Below are positions 24,701-39,344 of a stretch of 64,000 bases of DNA, piece after piece. The position numbers and the translations under genes were made by a program. The number at the start of each line of letters is the position of its first letter. The first letter of the stretch is position 1. The notes beneath the pieces are model-generated. The model was not told where the DNA came from and ran no database searches. It saw only the letters and a program-made list of their open reading frames with translations. The stretch is from Eledone cirrhosa (taxonomy: Eukaryota): assembly GCA_964016885.1 (NCBI GenBank), contig CAXHJY010000110.1, positions 634 through 64,633 of the forward strand, read 5' to 3'.

Positions 24701-25426
24701 CTTATAGCATCGTTTTCTACCCACAATGAATCTAGCAGATCCACCCCTCCACCTGGTCTCTTGAATACAACAAACATCGACCTCCTTACGTTCAAGCATT
24801 TCTACAACCTCGTTAGAGCGACCCTTTAAGGTGCCTACATTCAAGGTACCAAATCTGAAGTTTTGGATTGCGTTTGGGGGGTGAAGGTGGGGAGCGGGGG
24901 GAGATGGGGTTATGTTAGCCATCCGCGGCCGAAACAAAGAGGCATGCTCGCATTCTCGTCCACGAGGTGTGTTTGTCTTTAACTTTGGCATTGTCGCTGA
25001 GCGTCCAGATTTTTCTCTCTTCAACTCTCCGGAACTCCGTAGTCCTTCCATCCTACATATCGAAGGCGACCAGGTAAGCGATAGTATAGGCCTCTGGCTT
25101 ATGATTGGTCCACTAATAATAATGGTGGTGCGTGGGGGCGGGAGGGAGGGGTGTTGAGTTGTTAGCGAGAAGAATAGGTTTAAGTGAGATCCTCGTATTT
25201 AACGAACGTAAACAAAAATACAAGATTTGTTTAGTAAAATACGCCAAAAACTTCCGTATTTTACAAGCATGACAAAAATACAAGAGATTTGTTTTGGAAA
25301 ATACAGGAGGAAATAGGATGGGATGGCTAGTGAGACAAGAATTGGAAAGAGGATAGAAAAATGCTATGTGATTTGGAAGGACTATGGAATTAAGCGGATG
25401 TTAGAAAAGGTAGAAAAATGAGTACA
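21791..25426 (-). mobile_element. Family B LINE (copy B5): 5' UTR to stop codon, most of the 3' UTR lost, frameshifted
   Basis: 618-aa RT/PHD ORF at 21816-23672, APE pieces at 24239-25051, and a 5' UTR running into (TA)n. Confidence 0.94.
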
Positions 25427-25625
25427 TTATAATATATATATTATATATAATATATATATATATATATAATATATATAAATTTTGAGTTTATGTTGGTTGT
25501 ATACCAACACCTCAGTATGCAGGCTGGAGCACTCGACAAAGTGCGCAGGTTGGTTTAGTTACTCCGGAGTAGTGTAAAATAAAGTTAAATAAAAGTCAAA
25601 TGATTAAAATTTAGCTTCGTTTATT

Positions 25626-25679
25626 ACTGCTATATATATTTCAGTGACAGCCATCTTGGCTGTGACCTCTTCAGGCAGT
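25626..25679 (-). ncRNA. Minimal type I hammerhead ribozyme (inverted copy)
   Basis: Minus strand reads ACTGC-CTGAAGA-ggtcacagcca-aga-tggctgtcact-GAAA-TATATA-TA-GCAGT. Confidence 0.88.
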
Positions 25680-26175
25680 TTGAATTAGTATGGTATAGAC
25701 AAGTACATATGTTGTTTAGGTGTATAATATTGTCAATCAAGATATAAGCTGACCACTACACCAACAACAGTACCAAAATAATGGTGGAGGTCAAATGTAC
25801 TGAACAATAGCAGGCATAAACACCACAGGGAGCCTCACCCCAGAAAGAATTCTATAGACTTCTGACTGAGGAATGCTCTCAGAACTGACCAATGGGAAGT
25901 TTGACACTTTTTTGTTATTTTGTTCCTTTAACACCTTGTCCCTTCTACCATTTTATCAATTTTTAAGCTAACTCCAACAATAACAACACTTAGAATGAGG
26001 AATGTTCTAATAACTGACCAATGAGAGGAGAAGGGGACCTTTGACACTGAAATTCGTTTGTTTGAATTCATATGACTCCAGTTCCTCAGTGAATTAACAA
26101 CCCAACAATATCAGAGTATTGACAATATTATACACCTAAACAACATATGTACTTGTCTATACCATACTAATTCAA

Positions 26176-26230
26176 ACTGCCTGAAGAGGTCACAGCCAAA
26201 GATGGCTGTCACTGAAATATATATAGCAGT
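26176..26230 (+). ncRNA. Minimal type I hammerhead ribozyme
   Basis: ACTGC-CTGAAGA-ggtcacagcca-aaga-tggctgtcact-GAAA-TATATA-TA-GCAGT, with a perfect 5-bp stem I, long stem II and palindromic stem III. Confidence 0.9.
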
Positions 26231-26652
26231 AATAAACGAAGCTAAATTTTAATCATTTGACTTTTATTTAACTTTATTTTATAATATATATATAATATAA
26301 TATATATATAATATATATATAATATAATATATATATAATATATATATAATATAATATAATATATAATATAATATAATATATATATAATATAATATAATAT
26401 ATATATAATATAATATAATATATATATAATATAATATATATATAATATAATATATATATAATATAATATAATATAATATATATATAATATAATATATATA
26501 TAATATAATATATATATATATAATATAATATATATAATATATAATATATAATATATATATATATAATATATATATATAAAATATATATATATATAATATA
26601 TAAATATAAAATATATATATATATATAATATATATATATAATATATATATAT

Positions 26653-28133
26653 AAAGTTGGCGTCCATCAGGGCTCTGTTCTCAGCCCACTACTATTTATT
26701 ATTGCCCTTCAGGCTATAACAGAGGAGTTCAAGACAGGCTGCCCATGGGAACTCCTATACGCAGACGACCTGACACTCATAGCGGAATCAATGGCCGAGC
26801 TAGAGAAGAAATTCCAAACATGGAAGCACGGCCTAGAGTCAAAAGGACTTAAAATTAACCTGGCTAAGACCAAAGTACTAGTTTGTAGGAAAGAAAACAA
26901 GGCGGCGGTCCCTTCTGGGAAATGGTCGTGCTCGGTGTGTAGGAAAGGCGTAGGTAGAAACTCCATTTTATGTCCTAAATGCAAAGTATGGGTGCATAAA
27001 AGATGTAGTGGGATCACAGGTAAGCTAACTAAGAACATAGATTTTACATGTGGCCGGTGCTCTGGTGCAATAAGTAGCAGCAAGTGCCCACAACTACTAG
27101 CTCTTTCAATTGCGCAGAGGGTTCTATAGAAATAGTGGACAGCTTCCGTTACCTGGGCGATAAAATCAACAGTGGGGGAGGGTGCTCTGAAAGTACTGTA
27201 GCTAGAGTCAGAACTGGTTGGAAAAAGATCAGAGAGCTTATACCACTATTAGCTGCTAAAGGGTTCTCACTAAAAATGAAAGGCAGGTTGTACGATGCCT
27301 GCATACGAACAGCAATGCTGCATGGCAGTGAGACCTGGGCATTGTGTGCAGAGGATATACGCAGACTAGAGAGGAACGAAGCTTGCATGCTCCGCTGGAT
27401 GTGTAACAGTAATATACGTGAACGGCAAAGCATAAACGAACTAAGGAAAAAATTAGAGATAAGAGGGATCAGATGTTGTTTACTCGAGAGAAGGCTACGT
27501 TGGTATGGACACGTGATGCGCATGAAAGTCGATAGCTGTATAACAAAGTGCAGGGCAATAAAGATAGACGGTAGTCACGGAATAGGCAGACCTAGAAAAA
27601 CCTGGGACGAGCTGATAAACTCCGACATCACACACTTACACCTCTCCAAGACAATGTCACTGGACCGAGACCTTTGGCGGTACTCAGTAACAGAGAAGAC
27701 CCGCCTTACCTAAATATATAGTAAAACCTACTCCAGCCAGTAGGCATCTCTAACAAAATACACCCCGTCCCACCACCCCCACCCCCACCCCATCCACACC
27801 ACCCCGTTCTATGTAAAGTTATGTTGGTGCCGCGCCATCGAGGCCGAAACAAATGAGATCGTGTAGGTGTCACGACAAAAAAACACACAGTCCACGCTGT
27901 AATGTGGCCGTGTAGGCAACACGGTAAAAACCTCCCAGACCCACACTGTAAAAACCTCCCAGACCCACACTGTAAATGTGGTTGGTGTTAGGAAGGGCAT
28001 CCAACTGTAGAAAACCTGCCAGACAGTCCTATGCGAGCAAGACAATCACTCTTGCCTCAAGTGGGACTACCCCCGTCCAAACCCATGCAAGCGTGGAACA
28101 CGGACGTTAAACGTTGATGATGATGATGATGAT
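26653..28133 (+). mobile_element. 5'-truncated family B LINE (copy B6)
   Basis: Starts at KVGVHQGSVLSP, then YADD, the PHD-like finger and one frameshift near 27090. 3' UTR with a ~22-bp internal duplication and a (TGA)n tail. Confidence 0.95.
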
Positions 28134-28450
28134 AATATATATATATAATATATATATATATAATATATATATATATTAATATATATATATATAATATATA
28201 TATATAATATATATATATATATAATATATATATATAATATATATATATATAATATATATATATATAATATATATATATATAATATATATATATAATATAT
28301 ATATATATATAATATATATATATTTAATATATATATATAATATATATATATATATAATATATATATTTTAATATATATATATAATTATTATATATATATA
28401 ATATATATATATTTAATATATATATATAATATATATATATATATAATATA

Positions 28451-28488
<38 letters not shown>

Positions 28489-29333
28489 TATATAATATAT
28501 ATATATATATAATATATATATATATAATTATATATAATATATATATATAAATATTATATATATAATATATATATATATAAAATATATATATATAATATAT
28601 ATATATATAATATATATATATAATATATATATATATAATATATATATATATAATATATATATATTTAATATATATATATAATATATATATATATATAATA
28701 TATATATATTTAATATATATATATAATATATATATATAATATATATATATAATATAATATATAATATATTATATTTAATATATATATATTTAATATATAT
28801 ATATTTAATATATATAATAATATATATTTAATATATATATATTTAATATAATTAATATATATAATATATATAATATATATATAATAATATATATATATTT
28901 AATATATATATATTTAATATATTTATTTAATATAGTATATATTTAATATATATATATATATATATAATATTTATATTTAATATATATAATTATATATATA
29001 ATATATATATAATATATATATATATACTATATATAATATATATATATATAATATATATAATATATATATATATATATCTATAATATATATAATATATATA
29101 TTATATATATATATATAATATATATATAATATATAATATATATATAATATTAATATATATATATATAATATATATATATATAAATATATATAATATATAT
29201 ATATATAAATATATATAATATATATATATATAAATATATATATATAATATATAATAATATATATATATATAAATATATATATATAAATATATATAATATA
29301 TATATATAAATATAAATAATATATATATATATA

Positions 29334-29371
<38 letters not shown>

Positions 29372-29549
29372 AATATAAATAATATATATATATATAAATA
29401 TATATATATAAATATATATAATATATATATATATAATATATATATAATATATATATATATAATATATATAATATATATATAATATATATATAATATATAT
29501 ATTATATATATAATAACTATATAATATATATATAATATATATATAATAT
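28134..29549. repeat. Long (TA)n tract with TAA interruptions
   Basis: Seen directly. Confidence 0.97.
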
Positions 29550-29783
29550 ATCATCATCATCATCATCATCATCATCGTTTAACGTCCGTGTTCCATGCTT
29601 GCATGGGTTTGGACGGGAGTTTTCCCACTTGAGGCAAGAGTGGTTGTCTTGCTCGCATAGGACTGTCTGGAGGGTTTTCTACAGTTGGATGCCCTTCCTA
29701 ACACCAACCACATTTACAGTGTGGGGCTGGGAGGTTTTTATCGTGTTGCCTACACGGCCACATTACAGCGTGGACTGTCTGGC
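29550..29783 (-). mobile_element. Family B 3' UTR-only fragment (copy B7)
   Basis: Reverse complement of the last ~230 bp of B2, with a (TGA)n tail. Flanked by (TA)n. Confidence 0.92.
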
Positions 29784-29817
29784 ATATATATATAATATAT
29801 ATAATATATATAATAAT

Positions 29818-32800
29818 ATCATCATCATCATTTTTACGTCCGCTTTTCCCTGCTTGCAAGGGTGGGATGGGTCTTATTCAGCACAGCATCTCTCCACTCG
29901 TCACGGTCCCTCGTCATCTCCACCGTGAGCTTCAATGATCTGAGGTCTGTTATCACCACCTCCGCCATGTTTTTCGTGGTCTACCTCTACCACGTCTTCC
30001 TTCAACTGGCAATTCCTGGCACTTCTTCACCCATCGGTCATCCTCCATGCGCATCACATGTCCATACCACCTCAGTCTCCTCTCCCGTACACTACATTCT
30101 ATCCCTCTCAGACACAGTTTCTCTCTCAACACATTTATGCTGGGTCGTTCACGCACATTTACACTGCACATCCAACGGAGCATGCTTGCCTCATTTCTCT
30201 CCAGCCGTCGCATATCCTCTGCAGTTGCTGCCCATGTCTCACTACCATGCAGCATCGCGCTCCTCACACAGGCATCATACAACCGGCCTTTCGTACGCAG
30301 GGAGAAACCCTTCTTCACAACAGAGGAAGCAGCTCCTAAACTTCTTCCAACCCGTCCTTATTCTAGATACTATCGCCTCGGAACACCCTCCTCCCATGGT
30401 AATCTGATCTCCTAGGTACCGGAAGCTATCCACCACTTCTATAGCGCCCTCTTGCATTTGAAAAATGTGTCTATCAGTGCGACTTCTACTGTCTAATTTC
30501 CCTGTACATCTACAGCATACATATTTCTCCCTACCTGTTAGTTTGCCTGCTATCCCGCTACATCTTTTGTGTACCCAGGATCTGCATTGTGTGCATTTTA
30601 TAGAATTTATGCCAGTTCCTTTTCTGCATATCGAACATGGCCATTTCCCTGACGGAATCAGGGTTTTGTCCTCTTTTCTACTCATCAACACTTTTGTCTT
30701 AGCTAGATTCACTCTCAGTCCTCTTGCTTCCAACTGCTGTTTCCATAGTCAGAATTTATTCTCTAGCTCCTCTACTGATTCTGCTATAAGAACCAGATCG
30801 TCAGCGTAGAGAAGTTCCCATGGACAGCCAGTCTTAAACTCCTCTGTTATGGCTTGGAGGACTATAATGAACAAGAGCGGGCTGAGGACTGAACCCTGAT
30901 GTACTCCTACTTGTATCTGGAATTCCTCACTAAACTCCATTCCTACCCTGACTTTACTGAGAGTACCTCTGTACAAAGGTTGCACTGTCCTCACAAGCCA
31001 TTCCTCAACACCTAGCTTCCTTAGGGACCACCAGATGACAGATCGGGGTACCTTATCAAAGGCCTTCTCTAGGTCAACAAAGGCTAAGTATAGTGGCTTA
31101 TTCTTCTCTAAGAACCTCTCTTGCAATTGTCTCACCAAGAAGAGGGCATCTATTGTACTCTTCCCAGGCACAAAACCAAACTGCATCTCATCTAGTTTGA
31201 CCCTTTCTCTAATTAGTTGTGCTAAAATCCTTTCTGCCACTTTCATAACCTGATCTATCAGTTTTATACCCCTATAATTGCTCCTCTCCAAAGCATCCCA
31301 TTTACCTTTGTAGCAATTTATGAGAATACTGCTGCACCAGTCTTTGGGTATGACACCACCATATATAGTCTGATTGATGATGCGTGCAACCAGTTTAGTG
31401 CCTACGTCCCCTGATGCCTTCAGCATCTCAGCAACAATTCCCGATGGTCCGGCAGCCTTACCATTTTTCATTTCCCTAATCGCCTCTTGGACCCTATATT
31501 CGTCAATCTCAATAGCTGGTCCCTCTGTCGGATCCACCAAAGGTAATTTCTCTCTCTCCCATTCGTTCTCCACATTCATCAGTCTCTCATAATGACATTT
31601 CCAGGCCTCCTTTTTCTGATCATTCGTGACATTAAGTACACCGGCATCATCCCGGACACATTTATCTCCAACAACATCCTGATTTGCATTGACACACTGC
31701 CTTGCAATGTGGAACACCGCACGCCTCTGATCTTCCCGTCGCAGAACATTGGCAAACCTCCTACTCTCTGCCTCCCTGCGTGCTAAGTACACCTGACGTC
31801 TAGCTTCTCTCTTAGTGGCTGTACATTCTTCCCTACTCCCACCCTTTTTCCAAGCCTTCCATGCTAGTCTTTTGTCTCTAATAGCCTTATCTACTGTGCT
31901 GTTCCACCACCAGGTCACTCTCTGTCTGGTTGGAGCTCTGCTCCAGCCACAAGTTTCATCAGTAGCCTGCAGCAAGTTGTCACGTAGGAAATTCCAGTTA
32001 TTATCTATGTCATACGTCTCTAAATCGTCTTCTTTTTCGTCATATACATCTTGAAAGGCTTTCCTAAATTTGTATTTTAGTGAAAGGTCTTTTAGCTTCC
32101 AGACCTTTCTCCACACCTTCCTATATGTCTCATTCCATCTCTTGCTTACTGAGATATCACTAACAACTAACCTATGCTGTGGGGTACATTCTTCCCCAGG
32201 GTATGCCTTGGTATTAGACACTATCTGCCTGTCCCGCTGCCTAACTAGCAGGAAGTCAATCTGGCTTATGTGCTCACCAGATTTGTAGGTTATTAGGTGA
32301 TTGGCAGGTTTCTGGAAGTTTGTGTTGCAAATAGTCAATGTACCCGCATCACAAAATTCAAGAAGTCTCACTCCTTCCTCATTTCTTGAACCGTAACCGT
32401 TCCCACCATATATCCCAGTGTAACCATCCTGGAGCTGTCCAACATGACCATTGAAGTCTCCTGCTAGCATAACAATGTCTCCGTCCTCTGTCATTGCGGT
32501 TGTTTGCAAAAGTTGCTCATAAAAGCAGTCTTTCTCATCTTTGCCTAGGCCTGCTTGGGGAGCATAGGCCGAGATGATTGTCAGTAGTCTCCTACCTACA
32601 ACTAATCTAAGCTTAATTATTCGATTACTAACTCGAACTACCTCTATTGTCTTATTGATCCATTTCTCAGCCAGGAAAATGCCTACTCCCCCTAGCCCAT
32701 CATCCTTACCTACCCAGAATAGCTTATAGCTAAGACGCTTGCCTACGAGTAGTCTCGCAGAGGCACCTCTCCATCTCACCTCTTGCACGCAGCACACATC

Positions 32801-33088
32801 CACCTGCCTTCTCTCCAGCATCTCCGCTATTTCAGCAGATCTACCTCTGAGAGTGCCAACATTAAGTGTTGCAACTCTGAGATGCGATGTCTTCATATTT
32901 TGTTGTTGTTCCTATTTGTTGCTGTGCTGATAAGAGTTTTGGCATTGATACACTGGTTGGATGCCCTTCCTAACACCAGCACCACTTTACAGCATGGACT
33001 GGGTGCTTTTATTTGTGCCACCAGCACTAGAGAGGATGTCTTACTAGACTCAAGGGCCCTCTCTACCCCTCCATTTTACAGCATGGTC
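29818..33088 (-). mobile_element. Near full-length RTE-type LINE, family C, disrupted by a few frameshifts and a stop
   Basis: 715-aa APE-RT ORF at 30749-32896, PHD-like finger within 30275-30733, and a C-terminus reading to ..NKTHPTLASREKRT* at 29834 just before the (TGA)n tail. The short 5' UTR contains the TAGGAAGGGCATCC module. Confidence 0.94.
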
Positions 33089-33119
33089 ATAAAAAAAAAA
33101 AAATTTTCAAAAAACTTAT

Positions 33120-33780
33120 TGACACGACGCACACACAAACACTCACACACCAACACTCATGCATACAAACCACAACCACACACACGCCACTCACATACCA
33201 ACACTCATTCATGCATACAATCACACACACCACTCACAAACACACATATATATACATATATTACCGACAGTACTGATACAAATACAAAATCAAAATCAAA
33301 ATCATCAAAATCAATATTATGTCAACTGTTGACCTTTCCCAGTCCAGTTCAGCTTGTATATAATAACAATAATAATAATTGTTTGCTTTACGCTGGTAGT
33401 GGCGTTGGTGGTGGTGAATCGTGCCAGTGTGGTGGTGGTGGATGGTGTCAGTGTGGCGGATGGTGTCAGTGTAGTGGTGGTGGATGGTCAGTGATGGTGG
33501 TGGCAGTTGTTGGTGCTGTAGTTGTTGTCGTTGTTGTCGCTGTTGTTGTTCTTCTTCATTTCACTGCTGCTGTTGCTGCAGACAATGGTGTTGATGCTGT
33601 TATTGCTGTCGCATATATACATACACACACATTCAACACAGACAATGGTGTTGTTGCCGTTGTTGTTGTTGGTGTTGCTGCTGTTGTTGTTGTAGTTGTT
33701 GCTGTGTTGAAATCTGGTCGCATCCATACATATAAACACACATATATATATGTATATACACATACATACATCAAAAGAGT
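33120..33780. repeat. Degenerate simple repeats: (CA)n, (GGT)n, (GTT)n
   Basis: Low-complexity sequence seen directly. Confidence 0.8.
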
Positions 33781-33801
33781 CAGCAGTATGTCAACAGGGA
33801 C

Positions 33802-34461
33802 ATATAATATATATAATATATATATATAATATATAATATATATATATAATATATATATATATAATATATATATATAATATATATATATATAATATATATA
33901 TATAATATATATATATATAATATATATATATAATATATATATATAATATATATATATAATATATATATATAATATATATATATAATATATATATATAATA
34001 TATATATATAATATATATATAATATATATATAATATATATATAATATATATATATAATATATATATATAATATATATATATAATATATATATAATATATA
34101 TATATAATATATATATATAATATATATATATAATATATATATAATATATATATATAATATATATATATAATATATATATATAATATATATATATAATATA
34201 TATATATAATATATATATAACATATATATAATATATATATATAATATATATATAATATATAATATATATATAATATGTAATATATAATATATAATATATA
34301 TATAATATATATATAATATATAATATATATATAATATATAATATATATATATATATAATATATATATATATAATATATATATAATATATATAATATATAA
34401 TATATATATATATAATATATATAATATATATATATATATAATATATATATATATATATAAT

Positions 34462-34504
<43 letters not shown>

Positions 34505-34775
34505 TAATATATAATATATATATATATATAATATATATAATATATAATATATAATATATATATATATATAATATATATATATAATATATATATATATAAT
34601 ATATAATATATAATATATATATATATAATATATATAATATATATATATATATATATAATATATAATATATATATATATAATATATAATATATATATATAT
34701 AATACATATATATATAATATATATATATATAATACATATATATATAATATATATAATATATATATATATATATAT
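33802..34775. repeat. (TA)n tract with periodic TAA interruptions
   Basis: Seen directly. Confidence 0.97.
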
Positions 34776-35060
34776 TACAAGAGCAAACATACTATTTGAA
34801 GATAGTGCATTCCATTGACATCACTGTATTATATATTCCTTAGTATATATAGAGAGAGATAAAAATAGCAATGGAAACTCTAATGGGTTGTGTTTCCTGA
34901 TTTATGGAGACAAATAGGAGTACAATCTATGGAAGACTCGACTATCTATTGTATATATAAACACTCCTAATGGGTTATGATTTATTTATTTAGTACCTAC
35001 TATAGCCGAGGATGTGAAAGCTAAAGCCAAAATTATTTGACACCCAGTAGTTTATACACA

Positions 35061-35207
35061 ACGAAATGGCAAAGTCGTTAGAACGCCAGATAGAATGCTT
35101 TGTGGTATTCGTTTCAGCTCTGAGTTCAAATCCCGCTGAGCTCAACTTTGCCTTTCATCCATTCAAGGTTGGTAAAAAGAAGTACCAGTCTAGTACTGGG
35201 GCCAATT
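35061..35207 (+). mobile_element. tRNA-derived SINE, octopus-like family
   Basis: A-box-like TGGCAAAGTCG, B box GAGTTCAAATCCC, then actttgcctttcatcc..aagtaccagt..actgggg, which I recall from Octopus SINEs. Confidence 0.7.
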
Positions 35208-37131
35208 CACCCTCTATATCTCTGCATCACTTCCATTCTCTCACTATCTTTCTCTAGAAGAAATCTACTATATTCTAACATTAAGAGGATTGGGTTCCAC
35301 CAGGTTTTAAAAGTGCCCTAGAAACACTATGTTAATACGGCACACCTACGACTCCCTTAGGAGTTATAGGACCATGCCATACCATGCCATCAGTAGTTTA
35401 AGTTAAGTTCTTTAAGCCCAAGAAGGAATTGGGGAAAAGGTGGTAATAGCACCTATCCATTACTGAAATAGAAATTGAATGGAGAATTTCTCAAGGTACT
35501 CCTAAAGAATCTTTCCTTGGACCACATGAATGGACCACATGAATGTACATTTTTCATCCATCTTTCCCATGTAGTTTATTTTAATTCTATTTTTTTTAAA
35601 TTGTTAATTGTCCGAGGTTTAGAATGTGTCTGGAGGATCTTAGAATGTCTGGATCCAATGTTGATCTTTTCTTTGCAAAATATTTTCTTTTGTCTCTTCC
35701 ACGTCTGTATATAGTTGTAACACCATTTTCACATACCCTTGCAGAACATGTTCCGTTCTTCCATAATGTTGTATTTGTAATCTTTGCTCAGAGTTTGTGT
35801 CTGTGCATATTATTTTGTACAGATTTATGCCCAGGTGTGATATTTTCCTATCATTTCTCATGCATTACAGGTAAAACTCACACACACACACGTGTGTGTG
35901 AGTGTGTGTGAATTTACAGATACTAGTGAGTTTATATATTTCATACAACCTTATAGTTACTTCTTATTTGTGTGATAGAGAGAGAGAGAGAGAGAGTGGG
36001 GAGAGGGGGAGAGAGAAGGAGAGATAGAAAGAAAGAGAGGAAGAAAGAAAGAAACAAAGAGAGAGGGGAAGAAAGTCTGCAGTGTTGACTACACCCTTGA
36101 AAAGACATGCTGAACACACAAACCAAAACCTCTGGGCACAGCGGTCAGGATTTTACACACACACACACACACACAATAATCCATATTTTCATATGCACAT
36201 CTACACTACACACATGTATTCACACATGCATCCATACGCACAAACATTCATATGTACATATTCACACATGCACTGAGACAAACATACAGCATATACACAT
36301 ATGGGAGCATGGGGGCACATACACACATGCATGTTTACACAGGCACAAAGACACTCATAATAACACACATCATATACACATGTGAGTACATTCACACACA
36401 AGCATGCATATATTTGCATATTCACAGACACCAAGACACACAAACAAACATACATCATACACTCATGTAAGTATGTTCAAACATGCACACGCACATTTAC
36501 ACAAGCACTAATACACATACAAAATACACATGAATGTTCACACAGGTAGACTTATACATATACACATTTGTTCCCAGAGGCCCATGCAAAAACACGTACG
36601 TGTACATTCATACAATTCTCATAATTCCCTTGGCATCTTCCTGTTTATCACAGGAAGACTTGATATTAGATATTTCCAGCATTTTAATGAACCAAACAGC
36701 CAACCAATCGAAGTGGAGCTTTCTTCAAGCATTGCCTGCCAACTATTGAAAATATTCTATCTATTCAATTCTCCGAAAAATAACAGCCAGTTAACATGCT
36801 AAATAATGTAGCAATGAATGAAAAACCAAAACAAGAGAAAATTAAATATACTGCTCACACCTCAGAGCGCACACTAATTCAATGGTCACAACAAAGAGTG
36901 AAGATACCTTTAACCCATTCAATACCATTATTCTAGTGAAAGACACTGCCTATGATTTTTAAAATAATCAATAATTTGGTTCGATTTAGTAATATAACAA
37001 ACATTCTCATTAGCAAGTGTTTTGGAGCATTACTTAAAGGATTTGACATAATATTAGGATGGAAGGTTTTTAGATAAATATGAAATGGCTGTGCAGTCTC
37101 TGTTTGGTTGTATGCTTCTTTCAACAGACAT

Positions 37132-37420
37132 TCATCATCATCATCTCTATTTAACATCTATTTTCCATGCATGCATGGATTAAACGGGTTGCCATATATT
37201 GAGGCTAGACTGGTCAGGTGCTTGTATGATTTGTTTTGGATTGATTTCTATGTCTGGATACCGTTCCTGATTCTAACCACTTTACCGCATGCACTAGGAG
37301 CATTTTATCACGATTCTGGCACTACCATCTTACAAGGTGGTCTGGGAGCTTTAGTCATATCACCAGCGCTACCACTTTACAGAGTGGACTAGGTGCTTTT
37401 TATCATGGTATCAACAATAG
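37132..37420 (-). mobile_element. Old RTE-derived non-autonomous element (repeated module plus (TGA)n tail)
   Basis: Reverse complement of the RTE 3' stem motif (ttttccatgcatgcatgg), a degenerate ggatgcccttcct motif and three ~45-bp accactttac..gtgct subrepeats. Confidence 0.6.
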
Positions 37421-38239
37421 GGAGGCATTGATGGGAAAGATGATACCACCATGAGAGAGGAAGCATTGAGGTATGCCGGTGGCTTTCAAGAGAGTGAGCT
37501 GTGTCTGGTGATATATTGTAAGGCATGTCTGGATTTCCATGTTGACATGAGTTGGACAAGGAACAGGGATGCATGGGCCTGGCTTTCTATGTTGGTATAG
37601 ATTGGACAAAGAAAATGAATCAGGAATGTGGATGGAAGTAGGGAGCACGTCTTTCTTCCATGCTGTCATAGGTTAGGTCAAGGAAGGTGAATTTGAGATA
37701 TAGGAGAGGGAAGCACAATTCAAGAGTGGGAGGACACTTTTTTTCTTGCTGGCATAAATTAGATGAGGAAAGGAGGATAGTTAGGAAGATTAAGGTAGGG
37801 AAGGTGGACAGAAGAATTAGAGATTGTCTTCCCATGCTGACATGAGTTGGGTAAAGAGAAGGGGAATCAGTGGCGCAAATGGGAAGGAAGACTAAGTGGT
37901 GGTGGTGGTAGGAGATAATGAGAGCCTATAAAGAGTGTTACACCTCACTGCTGATGTTTCACACTCCTCATGTAAGAGGAGAATCTTCTGTAGTACATGT
38001 CACTATTTGACTCAACTGAGAAAGATAAATAAGATAGTGCAATACATAGAAAGTGGTGTCACTAAATGCTACAATACATTTTTTCCAATGCTTTACCAAT
38101 TCTCTCAATCTACCAGCCTTGGAAAATCATTTAATAAAGGACAAATTTTTATCTGCTAAAATTTAATCTTACCTTTCATATCATAAAATGATTTCAGTTG
38201 AGATTTTAATTTTTTCTTCTTCGCCCACTATTCCTGGGA

Positions 38240-38610
38240 AGGTTGTGGGGGCAGAGTTCTCAAACACTCCTTCCAGTAGGTCCTATCAGAAGCGACCATC
38301 CCCAATTAATCCGACTGGATCCCCAAGCGAGAACTGCCGAGCTCATGGATGTTATCCAATCATCTTACTCGTGGTCTACCCCTGGGCCTCCTACCCATAA
38401 AATTTATTCAGCAATTCTTTCCTGAGACATTCTAGCCACATGCCCATAATAAATATCGGCATTGTGACCTCTAAATTCAGCACAAGCTGGATCAACCTCT
38501 CTGATCTCGGAGCTACGAACTCTATCAAGTAACGTTACTCCAAAGACCCTTTGGAGGAACCCTATTTTGGCTGCTTGTGTTCACGATCGTATTGTTTCAG
38601 TCATTACTTA
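38240..38610 (-). mobile_element. Decayed RTE fragment (Expander/Rex3-like RT C-terminus)
   Basis: Minus-strand remnants VMTETIRS..QAAKIGFLQRVFGVTLLDRVRSSEIRE..YGHVARM..GRRPRGRPR..LDNIHELGSSRLGI. Confidence 0.7.
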
Positions 38611-39344
38611 AGATTCGTGACAAAAATTCAATTTTAATTTAAATCTTAATGCTTTAATAAGTGACTCAATGTTGAAATGAGTTAAAGCAAATAAATTACT
38701 TACCTCCTGAAAAATATCTAGTTCGGAACATAAGGAACGGTAAGTCGAAGACTATAATCCATTATTACTTCTCACCACATTTGACAGTAAAATTCCTCCT
38801 GAAATACAAAGATAGGAATTGTTAGTGGGTGGCAAAATGTAATGCTTTTTATATGAAATAATGGCACTACTATGAGTATGATAACAATAAAATAATAGAA
38901 TGGGTCACCATTGTAACCAATGAAATGTAAATAATATCTATTTGAAATAAACATCATTGAATCAGGAGCAGTTACAAACAGTTTGGTATGAAAAGTATTA
39001 AGGTCATGCAGATGTTTATTGTCCCAGATAAGATAATTATCTGTAGCATATGAATTAAGAGTCTGGATACATCCTCCAAGAATCCAAATTCAGCTATACT
39101 TTGATCTCAGTGGGTTGGTACACATCCTGTCAGTCTAATAACAGGTATGAAGCTTAAAGTGTATTTTGGGTAATGTTGACTCCTCATCAAAGGTCTATAG
39201 ATATCATCCTTTTCCTGTATTATCTTTTACCATAATGGTGTCAAGAGAGCAGCTAATCTCCACAATAAAAGATATTTTGGTTAATTTTGTTAGTAATGTC
39301 AGGTCAGTTGCTTTTTAATTTCATGGCTGTTTTCATTTTTAGAA

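Larger units (their letters stand above)
25481..26281. mobile_element. Non-coding Penelope-type element with ~160-bp inverted repeats, each holding a complete hammerhead
   Basis: 25576-25737 is the reverse complement of 26118-26281. The left copy has a ~95-bp extension. Flanked by (TA)n. Confidence 0.82.

Noticed and set aside
32783-33829. 348-aa plus-strand ORF with Gly/Val-rich segments
   Set aside because: It is made of antisense LINE sequence plus (CA)n, (GGT)n and (GTT)n simple repeats.
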